A stretch of DNA of 64,000 nt from an uncultured delta proteobacterium (GCA_963724765.1 CAVRVY010000001.1:224001-288000); one strand, 5' to 3'; positions 29,818-39,643 are shown, numbered from the stretch's first letter. The notes: a model not told the origin generated them from the letters alone. Numbers and translations: made by a program.

Positions 29818-30558
29818 GTGAACTCAGTGATTCTTGGGTGGCTCCCAGAAGACATTTCGACGTTCGGTCCGAACATCGATTCAATCCTCAAGCTGATCAT
29901 TTACGTGGTCGGCGTCGCATTCGTCTTGGCCGAGGGTACACTTTTGGCGTTCGTCATCTTGTACCGTCGCCGCGAGGGCGGACGCGCATCGTTTGTGCCT
30001 GGCGAATCGCTGCACGAGCTCGCATGGGTGCTGATCCCAGTCGTCATCGTCATCTTCTTCGATGTGGCGATCGACGTTCGGGCAAAGCCGGTCTGGGATC
30101 TGGTCAAGGAGCAAAGCCCTCCTCCGGGGCTGACTGTAAAGTTGGATGCGTTCCAGTTCGGATGGGAGTTCACGTATCCGGGCCCCGACGGCCAGTTCGG
30201 CACGCACGACTTGGTCCAAACAACGACTTTGACCGTTCCCACGGGCCAGGTGATTCGGTTGCTCATGACGTCGAAGGACGCGATCCACAGTTTCTACGTG
30301 CCGCAGTTACGGCTTAAACAGGACATCGTTCCCGGTCGGCAGATCCCTGCATGGTTCGAGGTAACGCGTCCCGGCAAATACGAAATCGCATGCTCCCAGC
30401 TTTGCGGGATCTCGCACTTCGCGATGAAGGGTATCCTGCGCGTTCTGACGCCCGCGGAGTATCAGCAATGGGTTAGCCAGCACTGGCCCAAGTCCGGCGC
30501 TGGGGCAGGTAAGAGCGCATCAAGTGCGCGATCATCCGCGAGCGGAACGGAGGGATAG
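29818..30558 (+). CDS. coxB: Cytochrome c oxidase subunit II (CuA)
   Basis: Two TM helices, FQFGWEFTYP, DAIHSF, CuA motif CSQLCGISHFAM. Confidence 0.95.
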   Translation: MNSVILGWLPEDISTFGPNIDSILKLIIYVVGVAFVLAEGTLLAFVILYRRREGGRASFVPGESLHELAWVLIPVVIVIFFDVAIDVRAKPVWDLVKEQSPPPGLTVKLDAFQFGWEFTYPGPDGQFGTHDLVQTTTLTVPTGQVIRLLMTSKDAIHSFYVPQLRLKQDIVPGRQIPAWFEVTRPGKYEIACSQLCGISHFAMKGILRVLTPAEYQQWVSQHWPKSGAGAGKSASSARSSASGTEG

Positions 30559-30561
30559 GCC

Positions 30562-32274
30562 ATGGCCGAGATCCAAGTCGCGCCAACCGCCGAGGCCCAT
30601 GAGAAGATGGGCTTTTGGCGAGCATATTTATTTTCTGTCGACCACAAGGTCATCGCCAAGCAGTACCTGTTTCTGGGCCTGTTCATGGGGTTTGTGGGCG
30701 TGGGCCTGTCGTACGTCTTCCGTTGGCAGCTCGCCTGGCCCGGCACCGCCGTCCCCGGCTGGGGGAAGGTAACCGCGGCACAATATTACGAACTCGTCAC
30801 GATGCACGGAACGATAATGGTCTTCTTCGTGGCGATGCCGATTCTGCTTGGCGCTTTCGGCAATTTCCTCATCCCGCTGATGATCGGCGCGCGCGACATG
30901 GCCTTCCCGCGGCTCAACATGGTCTCGTTCTGGACGATTTTCGTGGGCTCGGTACTCCTGCTTATTTCGTTTTTCGTACCTGGCGGCGCGTCGCGCGCGG
31001 GCTGGACCGACTACGTTCCATTGTCCGACGCCTCAAAGTATCTCCCAGGAAATTACTGGGGCGGAAACCTCTGGTTGATCGCCGTAGCGATCGATTTCGC
31101 TTCGGTCCTGATGGGCGGGATCAACTTTCTCACCACGGCAATCGCGATGCGCGCGCCGGGGATGACGATGTGGCGAATGCCGCTGTTGGTCTGGCAGGAG
31201 CTGGTGGCGAGCGTGTTGTTCATGCTGAGCGTCGGACCGCTCATCGCCGGCGTGGTGATGCTACTGTTTGACCGGATAGTGGGGACAGGTTTCTTCCTTC
31301 CGGAAAAGGGCGCCGATCCGCTGCTTTGGCAACACCTGTTCTGGTTCTTCGGCCATCCGGAGGTCTACGTAGTCGCCGTGCCGGGACTTGGGATCGTGAT
31401 GGAGATACTCCCCGTATTCAGCCGCAAGCCGATCTTTGGCTATCGCATGATCGTGTGGTCCACGATTGCTGCGGGTACCCTCAGCTTCATGGTGTGGGCA
31501 CACCATATGTTCGTGAGCGGGCTGGACCCGACGCTGGCGGCGCCTTTCAGCGCGACTACGATCGCGATTTCCATCCCGTTCGCGGTGATGCTGTTTGCGA
31601 TGATCGCGACGCTGTGGCGCGCTCAGATTAGGTTCTCAACGCCGATGCTGTTCGCGCTGGGCGCGCTGGCGAATTTCCTACTCGGCGGCGTAACCGGCAT
31701 TCCTCTGGGGACGGACGCCGCCGACATCTATCTGCACGACAGTTACTTTGTAATCGCCCATTTCCACAACACTCTCGTGCCGACCGCGGTCATCGCGGGA
31801 TTTGGCGGGATCTACTACTGGTTTCCGAAGATGTTCGGCCGCATGATGAACGAGACCTGGGGCAAAGTGCACTTCATCTTCACCTGGGTCGGCTTCAACT
31901 TGGTTTTCATTCCGCTCTTCCTCATCGGCTTGGGCGGCGGCCAGCGCCGAATGTACATGTTGAAGGCATATACTTACTACAAGCCGCTCCAGCCGCTGCA
32001 CGTGATTGCAACCATCGGCCTGCTTCTCATAATAGCCGGGCAGATTCCGTTCCTGGTGAACTTTTTCGTTAGCATGTTCCGCGGCAAACGGGCTGAAGCG
32101 AATCCGTGGCATGCCAACACGCTTGAATGGGCTACGGACTCCCCGCCACCGCATGAGAATTTCCATACCATTCCGACGGTCACGCGCGGACCATATGACT
32201 ATAGCGTGCCCGGGATGGAACAGGATTGGGCTCCGCAGAATGCAGAACCGGTGACCATCGCCGCGCGGAATTGA
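30562..32274 (+). CDS. coxA: Heme-copper oxidase subunit I, A1-type active site, K-channel residues substituted
   Basis: TMHG, RDMAFPRLN, WFFGHPEVY, VWAHHM, HDSYFVIAHFH, RR. Helix VIII reads SIPFAVMLFA instead of [10 protein letters not shown]. Confidence 0.96.
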   Translation: MAEIQVAPTAEAHEKMGFWRAYLFSVDHKVIAKQYLFLGLFMGFVGVGLSYVFRWQLAWPGTAVPGWGKVTAAQYYELVTMHGTIMVFFVAMPILLGAFGNFLIPLMIGARDMAFPRLNMVSFWTIFVGSVLLLISFFVPGGASRAGWTDYVPLSDASKYLPGNYWGGNLWLIAVAIDFASVLMGGINFLTTAIAMRAPGMTMWRMPLLVWQELVASVLFMLSVGPLIAGVVMLLFDRIVGTGFFLPEKGADPLLWQHLFWFFGHPEVYVVAVPGLGIVMEILPVFSRKPIFGYRMIVWSTIAAGTLSFMVWAHHMFVSGLDPTLAAPFSATTIAISIPFAVMLFAMIATLWRAQIRFSTPMLFALGALANFLLGGVTGIPLGTDAADIYLHDSYFVIAHFHNTLVPTAVIAGFGGIYYWFPKMFGRMMNETWGKVHFIFTWVGFNLVFIPLFLIGLGGGQRRMYMLKAYTYYKPLQPLHVIATIGLLLIIAGQIPFLVNFFVSMFRGKRAEANPWHANTLEWATDSPPPHENFHTIPTVTRGPYDYSVPGMEQDWAPQNAEPVTIAARN

Positions 32275-32335
32275 GGCGGCGTGCGATACTTTTACGCAAA
32301 GCCCGTGTGACAACAGCCAGGTAGACATAACGATC

Positions 32336-32950
32336 ATGGCAAACTCAGCCGTCGAAATCGTTCATCCTCTGCACGTGGACCAAAGCACTTTCGAGATCGG
32401 CAAGCTTGGAATGTGGGTCTTCCTTGCCGGGGAAACGATGCTCTTCGGCGGGCTTATGGGTTGCTATACCTTGTTGATGATCGGCCGGGGAGGCTGGGGA
32501 GCGGCCGGTGCGAATGTCGCTTGGCGCCTGGGAGGCATCAACACTCTGGTTCTGTTCACCAGCAGTCTGATTGCTGCGCTCGCGCAAGGTGCCGCGCGAG
32601 ATCGGGATTCAGCCGGTGTGAAGCGTTATCTGGGCGCCACCGCGGCCCTCGGTGTGCTCTTTTTGATAATCAAGGCCTTCGAGTACGCCAGCGATTTTCG
32701 CGAGGGTTTCACGCCGGTCGCGGGTCTTTTCTGGAGCTTCTACTACCTGATGACCGGGCTGCACGTGCTCCATCTGCTGGCTGGCGTCGTGGTTATCGTC
32801 GGGCTGCTTCTGTGGATTAGCCCGCGCACTCCCAGCGCCTTGGTAGAGCGCAAGCTCAAATATGTGTGCCTCTATTGGTATTTCGTCGAGACGGTCTGGG
32901 TTTTCCTGTTTGCGCTCGTCTATTTGACCCCCAGCCTTGGAGTAGGATGA
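32336..32950 (+). CDS. Oxidase subunit III family protein (first copy)
   Basis: KLGMWVFLAGE.MLF, NT..L.TSS, YYLMTGLHVLH, LYWYFVETVW. Confidence 0.92.
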   Translation: MANSAVEIVHPLHVDQSTFEIGKLGMWVFLAGETMLFGGLMGCYTLLMIGRGGWGAAGANVAWRLGGINTLVLFTSSLIAALAQGAARDRDSAGVKRYLGATAALGVLFLIIKAFEYASDFREGFTPVAGLFWSFYYLMTGLHVLHLLAGVVVIVGLLLWISPRTPSALVERKLKYVCLYWYFVETVWVFLFALVYLTPSLGVG

Positions 32951-33246
32951 GCACTTCGATGGAACAAACCAAACAAACCGATTTCGCGGCCGCAGACCCC
33001 CTGAAGACCTGGGGATTGCTAGTCGTTCTGTTGCTGGTTGGCGCCTTGGCAGTGGCGCTGGGCCTGCCTCGAGGCCTGGCGCTGTGGGTCATCTTTGCCG
33101 CCGCGATCGCAGAGGCCTATGTTATCGGCCGTTACTATATGCGCCTGAGATCCGAAGACGTGCTGATATACATCCTGGCATTGCTGCCGGTGGCGCTGGT
33201 CATCGTTCTCGCATTCGTGCTTGTTCCGGACATCGTGAGGCCTTAA
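32947..33246 (+). CDS. Oxidase subunit IV-like 3-TM protein
   Basis: Three hydrophobic segments; AEAYVIGRYYMRLR resembles the KA.LV..FMHL motif; ATGA overlap. Confidence 0.75.
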   Translation: MSTSMEQTKQTDFAAADPLKTWGLLVVLLLVGALAVALGLPRGLALWVIFAAAIAEAYVIGRYYMRLRSEDVLIYILALLPVALVIVLAFVLVPDIVRP

Positions 33247-33263
33247 GCGGGAGGGTTGACACT

Positions 33264-33902
33264 TTGGCTGCGGCAATTCCGCTTCGTTCAGTCCAGAGTC
33301 CAAAACGCCGTGCCGCCTTTGGCGGTGGCAGCGGTTCTGGTCCCATTGGGTCGCCAAGGAAAGCCGATCCGACGCTGGGCGTGCTGATCTTCATTGGCTC
33401 CGAGGTGATGCTGTTCGCTGGATTGATCAGCGCATTGCTGGTCTCACGCGCGTCGGCGGCATTTTGGCCGCCCTTAAACCAGCCCCGGCTCCCAGTCGCG
33501 ATGACGGGACTCAACACCGGCCTTCTTGTCCTGAGCGGGTTTACGATGTGGAGAGTGGTGCGGCTGCTGCGTCAGCATGACAGCAGGCGGGCGGCGCGCT
33601 GGATGACCGTGACATTCTTGCTCGGCGCCATGTTCCTCGCGATTCAGGGCAGTGAGTGGGCGCGGCTCATTCACTTCGGGCTGACGATGACCTCGAGTGT
33701 GTATGGAGGGATGTTCTATCTGATCGTGGGCGCCCATGCGCTTCATCTCGTTGCGGCGCTGGCTGTGCTGTCCTTCGTGACGGCGCGGGTCTGGCGCGGG
33801 CGCTACGAGTCGGATCTCCGCGGCATTGTGGCGTGTTCGGTCTATTGGTCGTTCGTGGTGGTTCTCTGGCCGATACTTTATGCGCTGGTTTACTTCGGTT
33901 AG
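33264..33902 (+). CDS. Oxidase subunit III family protein (second copy)
   Basis: LGVLIFIGSEVMLFAG, NTGLLVLSG, Q..EW, FYLIVGAHALH, YWSFV. TTG start after GGAGGG. Confidence 0.9.
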   Translation: MAAAIPLRSVQSPKRRAAFGGGSGSGPIGSPRKADPTLGVLIFIGSEVMLFAGLISALLVSRASAAFWPPLNQPRLPVAMTGLNTGLLVLSGFTMWRVVRLLRQHDSRRAARWMTVTFLLGAMFLAIQGSEWARLIHFGLTMTSSVYGGMFYLIVGAHALHLVAALAVLSFVTARVWRGRYESDLRGIVACSVYWSFVVVLWPILYALVYFG

Positions 33903-34209
33903 CGTCGGCGTCTCCGCGACTGCCGCCAGCCTGTTCTGGGCGCCCGGGGCCTACGCATGCCCGCTGTGTTTCGCGTCCTCGGGACCCGGCGTTTTGCGCG
34001 CCTATCTTGTGAGCGCGTTTTTCATGATAGGCCTCGCCTGGGCGGTGATCGGGGGGATATGGCTATATGCCGCCCGTACGTACTCAGAAGCCGCCGAACC
34101 AGGAGATGCAATCACACGCGTTGAAGCTCCTTGGATTCAGAGTGCCGCTGTCGATAACTGCGAGACGGAACAACTTAAGCCTGGTGTGATTCGGAGGAGG
34201 ACGAGATGA
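33880..34209 (+). CDS. Small membrane protein with CxxC after a signal-like segment
   Basis: AYA|CPLCF followed by one TM helix; overlaps both neighbours. Confidence 0.7.
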   Translation: MRWFTSVSVGVSATAASLFWAPGAYACPLCFASSGPGVLRAYLVSAFFMIGLAWAVIGGIWLYAARTYSEAAEPGDAITRVEAPWIQSAAVDNCETEQLKPGVIRRRTR

Positions 34210-34595
34210 CGAAGCTGCATTTACTTGGCGCGGGTTTGCTCGTGGCTGGGGCATTTATGGTGGCCGCCGTGAGACCGGCGTCCGCGGAGACCGTAACGGT
34301 CCAGATGTTCGACACGCCGGCAAAATTCGTTCCGGACCCCGTAAAGGTTAAGGTCGGCGATACCATAAAATGGGTGAACAAGGGCGAGACAGTTCACACC
34401 GCTACTACGGACCCGTCCACGGCGCCCGACCCAAGCTGGGCGTCGGTGCCGAAGGGGGCGGAGACGTTCGACTCGGGTTATCTGAACGCGGGGGAGGATT
34501 GGAGCTACACGTTTAAGGTTCCCGGGGTTTATCACTACTTCTGCACGACGCACGTAAAGGAAGGGATGAAAGGCGAAATCGACGTCGGGCAATAG
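34206..34595 (+). CDS. Plastocyanin/azurin-family type-1 copper protein
   Basis: Signal peptide; F.P..VKVKVGDTIKWVN..HT; YFCTTHVKEGMKG supplies the H/C/H/M ligands. Confidence 0.92.
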   Translation: MTKLHLLGAGLLVAGAFMVAAVRPASAETVTVQMFDTPAKFVPDPVKVKVGDTIKWVNKGETVHTATTDPSTAPDPSWASVPKGAETFDSGYLNAGEDWSYTFKVPGVYHYFCTTHVKEGMKGEIDVGQ

Positions 34596-34684
34596 CCCGC
34601 ATTCACCGGTTGTTTCGCTTCAAAGCGCGAGCTCCGGCTACGCGCGGTCTCGGCAGCCTGCAAGGTTTTCAGGGGGAGAGGCGA

Positions 34685-36283
34685 ATGAAGCGTCTAAATC
34701 ATCTTCTGGTCGCGGGCCTCGTGCTCTCGATCGCGCTGACGATGATCCCGCTGCGAAGCGGACGCGCGGATGAGTCATCGATCTCGAAGTCAACTTCCCC
34801 TTCTGATGATTCGGCGCCAAGCTCAGCGGCCGATCCAGCCAAGAGAAAGGCAGGCACGTACGAGCGGTTGCTTCGCGAGATCGATACGGAGCGCAGGCAT
34901 GAGGAGGAGGAAGAGCGCAAGCATGAGGAGGACGAGGCAGCGGAGCGCAAGCGTATTGAGGAACTGGAAAGGGAAGTCAGGGCGCTTCAGGAAAGCAAGC
35001 AGCAGCTCGCAACCCAAACGAACGAAAACCAGACGCAACTCGCTACCGTCCAGAAAACCATAAATTCCCAGCTCGGGCCCCTCGGTTTTGGCGATCGCAT
35101 AAACGCTTTTCTCGGCCAGCATAACTTCACGATGGTCGGAGACGCTTCCGTTGGGTACTACTACTCTCGTCAAGCGGGAACCAACGATCCGGTACTGGAG
35201 TTTCAAGTCAATCCGATGCTTAAAGTCGCCGATTGGCTTCAGTTTTACAGCGCTTTCGGCGCGGTAGCCGGCCCGGGCGGAATTTCCGACATGGGTCCAA
35301 CGCTTGCTAACATGCAGATCTTTCCGTTCGGGCACGAGTTTCCTCTGGAGCTGGTCGCCGGACTATTCGACATGCCCTTCGGCGACTTTTACGAGAACCA
35401 GGGCCCGCCTTGGGTTAATCCGTTCGTAACCGCGCCGCTGCTTTACGGCGCGGAAGCGATCGAGCCACCCGCCTCGCTGGGGTTGCAGGCTCGCAGTGGG
35501 ATCCAGTGGGGCGCTCTGGGCCAGGACGTTGACGCCACTGTGTGGGTGGACTCAGGCCCGAGTTTCGAATCGACGGCGGGTGTCATCGGCACGCCGGTAA
35601 TCGGTGAAATCCTGAACCCGCTTACCGGAACTAACATCGCCACCAACGGCAAGGGTTTCGGCGGTCGCTTCAGGCTGTTCCCAATACCGATCGATGCGAA
35701 TCTTGGACGCTTGGAGCTGGAGGCATCGACCTACAATGGCAAGTGGCTGGACGGGCTCTGGTACAATTCTTGGGGAGTGGGATATGCCTATCGCGTCGGA
35801 CCGTTCCGCACTCGAGGCGAGTGGGCGCAGACCTACCGCCAAATGCCCAGTCTTACGGGAGCGGCTGCGTATCCCGGTTGCTGCGGGCATGAGAACCGGG
35901 AAGGCTGGTATACAATGTTGGGTTACTTCCTATACGGAATTCCACATCCGTACCTCGGCGACTGGCTCGAGCCGAGATTCGACAAGACTGAATTCCTGGT
36001 GCGCTACTCCGGCGTGAACCAGCCCGCCGTCCTCACTAACGACATCGCGACTGAGCCAGTCCAGGGCTTCAGCGGATCGCCGTCGATCTACAGCCCGCAT
36101 GCACGCGAAGTAGCGCTGGCACTCGACTACTGGTTTCAGCCCAATATTGTCTGGCAGAACGAGGTTGACTTTGAACTGCCGCGAGCCGGTGGGACATTCT
36201 ACACCCTTGGTGCGCCGGCGAGCCCGGTGGGTGCCACCCCGAACGATGTCACGCTACTGACTCAATTGACAATTGGTTTCTGA
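34685..36283 (+). CDS. Putative outer-membrane beta-barrel (porin) with N-terminal coiled coil
   Basis: Signal peptide, E/R-rich coiled coil, alternating beta-strand pattern, terminal TQLTIGF; no CxxCH. Confidence 0.78.
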   Translation: MKRLNHLLVAGLVLSIALTMIPLRSGRADESSISKSTSPSDDSAPSSAADPAKRKAGTYERLLREIDTERRHEEEEERKHEEDEAAERKRIEELEREVRALQESKQQLATQTNENQTQLATVQKTINSQLGPLGFGDRINAFLGQHNFTMVGDASVGYYYSRQAGTNDPVLEFQVNPMLKVADWLQFYSAFGAVAGPGGISDMGPTLANMQIFPFGHEFPLELVAGLFDMPFGDFYENQGPPWVNPFVTAPLLYGAEAIEPPASLGLQARSGIQWGALGQDVDATVWVDSGPSFESTAGVIGTPVIGEILNPLTGTNIATNGKGFGGRFRLFPIPIDANLGRLELEASTYNGKWLDGLWYNSWGVGYAYRVGPFRTRGEWAQTYRQMPSLTGAAAYPGCCGHENREGWYTMLGYFLYGIPHPYLGDWLEPRFDKTEFLVRYSGVNQPAVLTNDIATEPVQGFSGSPSIYSPHAREVALALDYWFQPNIVWQNEVDFELPRAGGTFYTLGAPASPVGATPNDVTLLTQLTIGF

Positions 36284-36304
36284 GCCAGGAAAAGGCCGAC
36301 GCCA

Positions 36305-36670
36305 ATGAAATTACCGATCGCTAAAGCCGCAATGATTTCGATGCTGCTGTTGGCCGGGGCCGTCGGCGCGCGCGCGGCGGATTCAGGGGCGCCCGCTGCA
36401 GCGAGCAACAACGCGCAGAAACCGGCTGATCCCCCGAAAGCGGCGAACCAGTATGGCGCCACAGATGAACAACAGCGGCAGCATCTTGAGCTATTTCGCG
36501 AAGGGCAGGCGTTGTGGCCGATCTATTGTAATCACTGTCACAATGCCCGAAATCCGGCCGAGTTTGCTCCGTATCAGTGGGATCAGATCATGATGCATAT
36601 GCGCACGATGGAGAACCTGCCGCCTCATGATCAAGATGCCATCCTGGAATATCTAAAGACGGCACGTTGA
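36305..36670 (+). CDS. Periplasmic monoheme cytochrome c
   Basis: Signal peptide; GQALW..YCNHCH; W..IMMHM; AILEYL. Confidence 0.9.
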   Translation: MKLPIAKAAMISMLLLAGAVGARAADSGAPAAASNNAQKPADPPKAANQYGATDEQQRQHLELFREGQALWPIYCNHCHNARNPAEFAPYQWDQIMMHMRTMENLPPHDQDAILEYLKTAR

Positions 36671-36739
36671 GGAGAGTTCCAAAACCCTCCAGCGTCGGAA
36701 CGATTGGCATCGCTCACTCGAGGGAGCGGCGAAACTGGG

Positions 36740-37669
36740 ATGTTTTCCCAGCGCGTCAACATGAAAGCCACGGCGATAGAAGAGGTAGCTCTGCGTGCCG
36801 CGCCATCGGTGGGCGAATACGCAACCGCCTATTTCGAATTGGCAAAGCCGCGCGTGCTCACGATGGTGCTTATCACCACGCTTGCGGGCTTCTACATGGG
36901 AAGCGGCGAGCAATTCGGGTTCGCGCAGGCGCTGAAGCTTGGCATTGGTACCGCATTGGCGGCCGGCGGAACGCTGGCGCTGAACGAATATACCGAGCGC
37001 GGCACGGACGCCCGGATGGAGCGGACGCGCCATCGGCCGCTGCCCTCGGGCCGCCTACGGCCGATCGAAGCGCTGATTTTCGGTGTCGTTACCGCCGTCG
37101 CCGGAATTTTCTATCTCTGGGTGGAAGTTAACCCGCTGAGCGCAATAGTTACCGGCGCGATAGCCGCGCTTTATCTGGGTGCATACACCCCGATGAAACG
37201 AATCACCTGGCTCTGCCACCTGATCGGCGCGGTTCCCGGCGCGCTGCCACCTGTGATCGGCTGGGCGGCGGCGCGCAACGGCCTGGGCGGCGAGCCGCTG
37301 GTGCTTTTCGCCATCATGTTCCTGTGGCAGGTGCCGCATTCGCTCTCGATCGCGCGGCTTTATCAGCGCGACTACGCGCGCGCCGGTATCCGCATGTTGC
37401 CGCAGCCCGGTCGCTACGGCGATCCCGCAAATTCACTGATGATCGCGGCCGCCGCGGCGCTGCTCGTGGTGGGGATGCTGCCCGCGCTGATGAGGTTCGC
37501 GGGACTTTTATATCTGCCGGTCGCCATTGTGCTTGGGGTGGTGATGCTATTTCAATGCGTAGGGCTTGTGGCGGGCGGCGCCACGGTTGGCGCGGCGCAG
37601 CGGGTCATGAAGCTCTCGCTCTTGTACCTCCCGGCCGTGCTGTTGGTGATGGTTCTCGACAAGCTCTGA
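36740..37669 (+). CDS. cyoE: Heme o synthase (protoheme IX farnesyltransferase)
   Basis: YFELAKPRV, LNEY.E...DARMERT.HRPLPSG, YTPMKR, GAVPGALPP.IGWAA, FLWQVPH, DYARAG. Confidence 0.94.
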   Translation: MFSQRVNMKATAIEEVALRAAPSVGEYATAYFELAKPRVLTMVLITTLAGFYMGSGEQFGFAQALKLGIGTALAAGGTLALNEYTERGTDARMERTRHRPLPSGRLRPIEALIFGVVTAVAGIFYLWVEVNPLSAIVTGAIAALYLGAYTPMKRITWLCHLIGAVPGALPPVIGWAAARNGLGGEPLVLFAIMFLWQVPHSLSIARLYQRDYARAGIRMLPQPGRYGDPANSLMIAAAAALLVVGMLPALMRFAGLLYLPVAIVLGVVMLFQCVGLVAGGATVGAAQRVMKLSLLYLPAVLLVMVLDKL

Positions 37670-37709
37670 CCCGGATAAACGTTGAGCTACAGCTGCAAGC
37701 TGGTACAGA

Positions 37710-38493
37710 GTGAACCGCTTAGGGGTTCCCTATTCGAAGCCGTTTCGCCCGTATCTGCATTCTGTTTTGCCGGCAGCTGTGGCTACCGCTTGCGCTTTTT
37801 ATAGTCTTTAACGCCCTGTGCGCGCTGGTATATGGACAACTCGAGGGGCTGCGTTGGCAGGACGCCGTTTTCTGGATCGTTCACCCCTATTCAATAGACT
37901 ACCGCACGGTCCGAAACGCGACGAAGTTTTTCTCCTTGTTCGTATACTTCGGCGTCTTTGCTCTTCAGATCTGGATCGCCGAGCGGGTTCTGCTCACGAT
38001 CTTCAGCCAACAGGGTAGGGAGGCCTGGAAGTTCATGATCAACGAGGTCAGCATCGAAGGGCTCCGCGACCATTTCATCGTATGTGGCTATGGTCAGGTC
38101 GGCCGGACCGTCGTCGAGCAGCTCAATCGGCTGGAGATTCCCTTTGTGCTCATCGAGACAAACGAAGGGCTCTGCAAGGAGCTCCTGAAAGAAGGAACCT
38201 TTGTCATCCAGGGCGATGCCAAGCGGCATGATGTGTTAAAGATGGCGGGCATCGCCCGGGCTCGCGGTATCTGCATCGTGATAGATAACGACGCCGACAA
38301 CCTCTACATCACCGTGACGACAAGATCGCTCAATCCGAACGTAAAGATCATCACCCGGGCTGGCCAGCAGCGCTACGCCGAAGCGATACGGAACTCCGGC
38401 GCTGATGAAGTGATCATACCGGAATACGAAGGCGGTCTGATGGCAGGAAGAATGATCGAAAAGTACTATCCTGTTCGTCCGACGCTCGACTGA
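37710..38493 (+). CDS. 2-TM plus TrkA-N/RCK potassium-channel-like protein; 5' end probably frameshifted
   Basis: DHFIVCGYGQVGR..GDA..AGI.RA..DADNL..TRA..GADEVI.P. The frame is open back to 37723 with TM segments, but GTG 37710 is one base out of frame. Confidence 0.75.
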
Positions 38494-38599
38494 CGCGTTC
38501 TTCTGATTTGTGAAACCGCAGTGGAACTTACTATGTGCATCGGGCCCGCACTGTGTTTCGGCGTTGACAGAATACTAATGGAGATTGGAGTGAACCCCC

Positions 38600-39421
38600 T
38601 TGATGTCTTCTGAAAGCAAAACGCGCGCGCGTTTCTATCGCGCGGCTATGGAGTTCTCCGAAGTCGCCGAGCGCAAGCGCAAGTGGACGCTCTTCGACGA
38701 CATACCGTGGGAGAAGATCGACACATCGCGCAACACTCCCAAACGCGCGACCTGCATCGAGACCTTCTGCGCTGAGGAACTATACCTCCCCGACTACGCA
38801 TCGCATGGATCGCACATGACGCGATCGGTGTTCGGCCTCGCATGGTTCCTAGCGCGGTGGAGTTTCGAGGAATCGCGTCACGGGCTCGTCTTCCGCGAAT
38901 ACCTGATCCGATCGGGGATGCGATCGGAACGTGAATTCGAGATGGTCGAGGACACGGTATCCGCGAAGTCGTGGGTGCCGCCTTTTTCGACAATCAGACA
39001 GATGGCCTGCTACGGCGCGCTCCAGGAAGGCGCCACCTACCTCGCCTACAAGGCGCAGAAAGACAAGGCCGAAGCTGAAGGCGACGATGTGCTAACCGCG
39101 ATCTTCTCGGTGATCGGCATCGATGAAGCCGCGCACGCCGGCTTCTATCGCAAGGTAATCGGAATCCAAATGGACGACGATCGCACCGCCACCATCGTTG
39201 ATTTCGCGCACGTGCTCGCCAACTTCAAAATGCCGGGAGACGGACTCATCGCGGGTTACCATGAGCGGCTGCAGACGGGCGGCGGCGGCGTCAGCCCGCG
39301 CCAGTTCATGGAGCACGTGGTGCTGCCGACGCTGCGCAGCCTGGGAATCAGCAGAAGCGAATTGAAGTCGGCGCAAGCGCAGGATCGAATGGCCACCGAA
39401 GCGGCGCTGCTCCTGAGCTGA
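38600..39421 (+). CDS. Acyl-ACP desaturase-like ferritin-fold di-iron protein
   Basis: W...DIPW, EE.YLPDY, W..EESRHG, LQE.AT..Y, DEAAH..FY, FKMPG. Confidence 0.88.
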   Translation: MMSSESKTRARFYRAAMEFSEVAERKRKWTLFDDIPWEKIDTSRNTPKRATCIETFCAEELYLPDYASHGSHMTRSVFGLAWFLARWSFEESRHGLVFREYLIRSGMRSEREFEMVEDTVSAKSWVPPFSTIRQMACYGALQEGATYLAYKAQKDKAEAEGDDVLTAIFSVIGIDEAAHAGFYRKVIGIQMDDDRTATIVDFAHVLANFKMPGDGLIAGYHERLQTGGGGVSPRQFMEHVVLPTLRSLGISRSELKSAQAQDRMATEAALLLS

Positions 39422-39643
39422 TGGGCGCTAACCGGGCGGGTACAACAATCTCAAGGGCGAAAGCCCTAAGAAACCGGCGTGACCTTGACTTGCGGGCGAT
39501 GGTTGAGCCGAAACACTCGGCGCGTGAAGGAGTCTTTCGGCCGAGGTTACCGGTGGACCAATGCGAAGAGCGTCGGCGACGCGGGAGTTGCAAATCGTGC
39601 GCGGATGCACCGTTAACCGCGTGCATGAGGGAGGAACTCAGTC

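Noticed and set aside
30562-32274. Assignment to cNOR, qNOR or B/C-family oxidases
   Set aside because: It retains HPEVY with Tyr, the D-channel Asp and a CuA subunit II with subunit III, all A-family features.
34880-34990. GAG-rich low-complexity stretch as a tandem repeat element
   Set aside because: It encodes the Glu/Arg coiled coil of the porin.
34685-36283. Cyc2-type fused cytochrome-porin
   Set aside because: No CxxCH in the barrel protein; CCGH is not a heme c motif.
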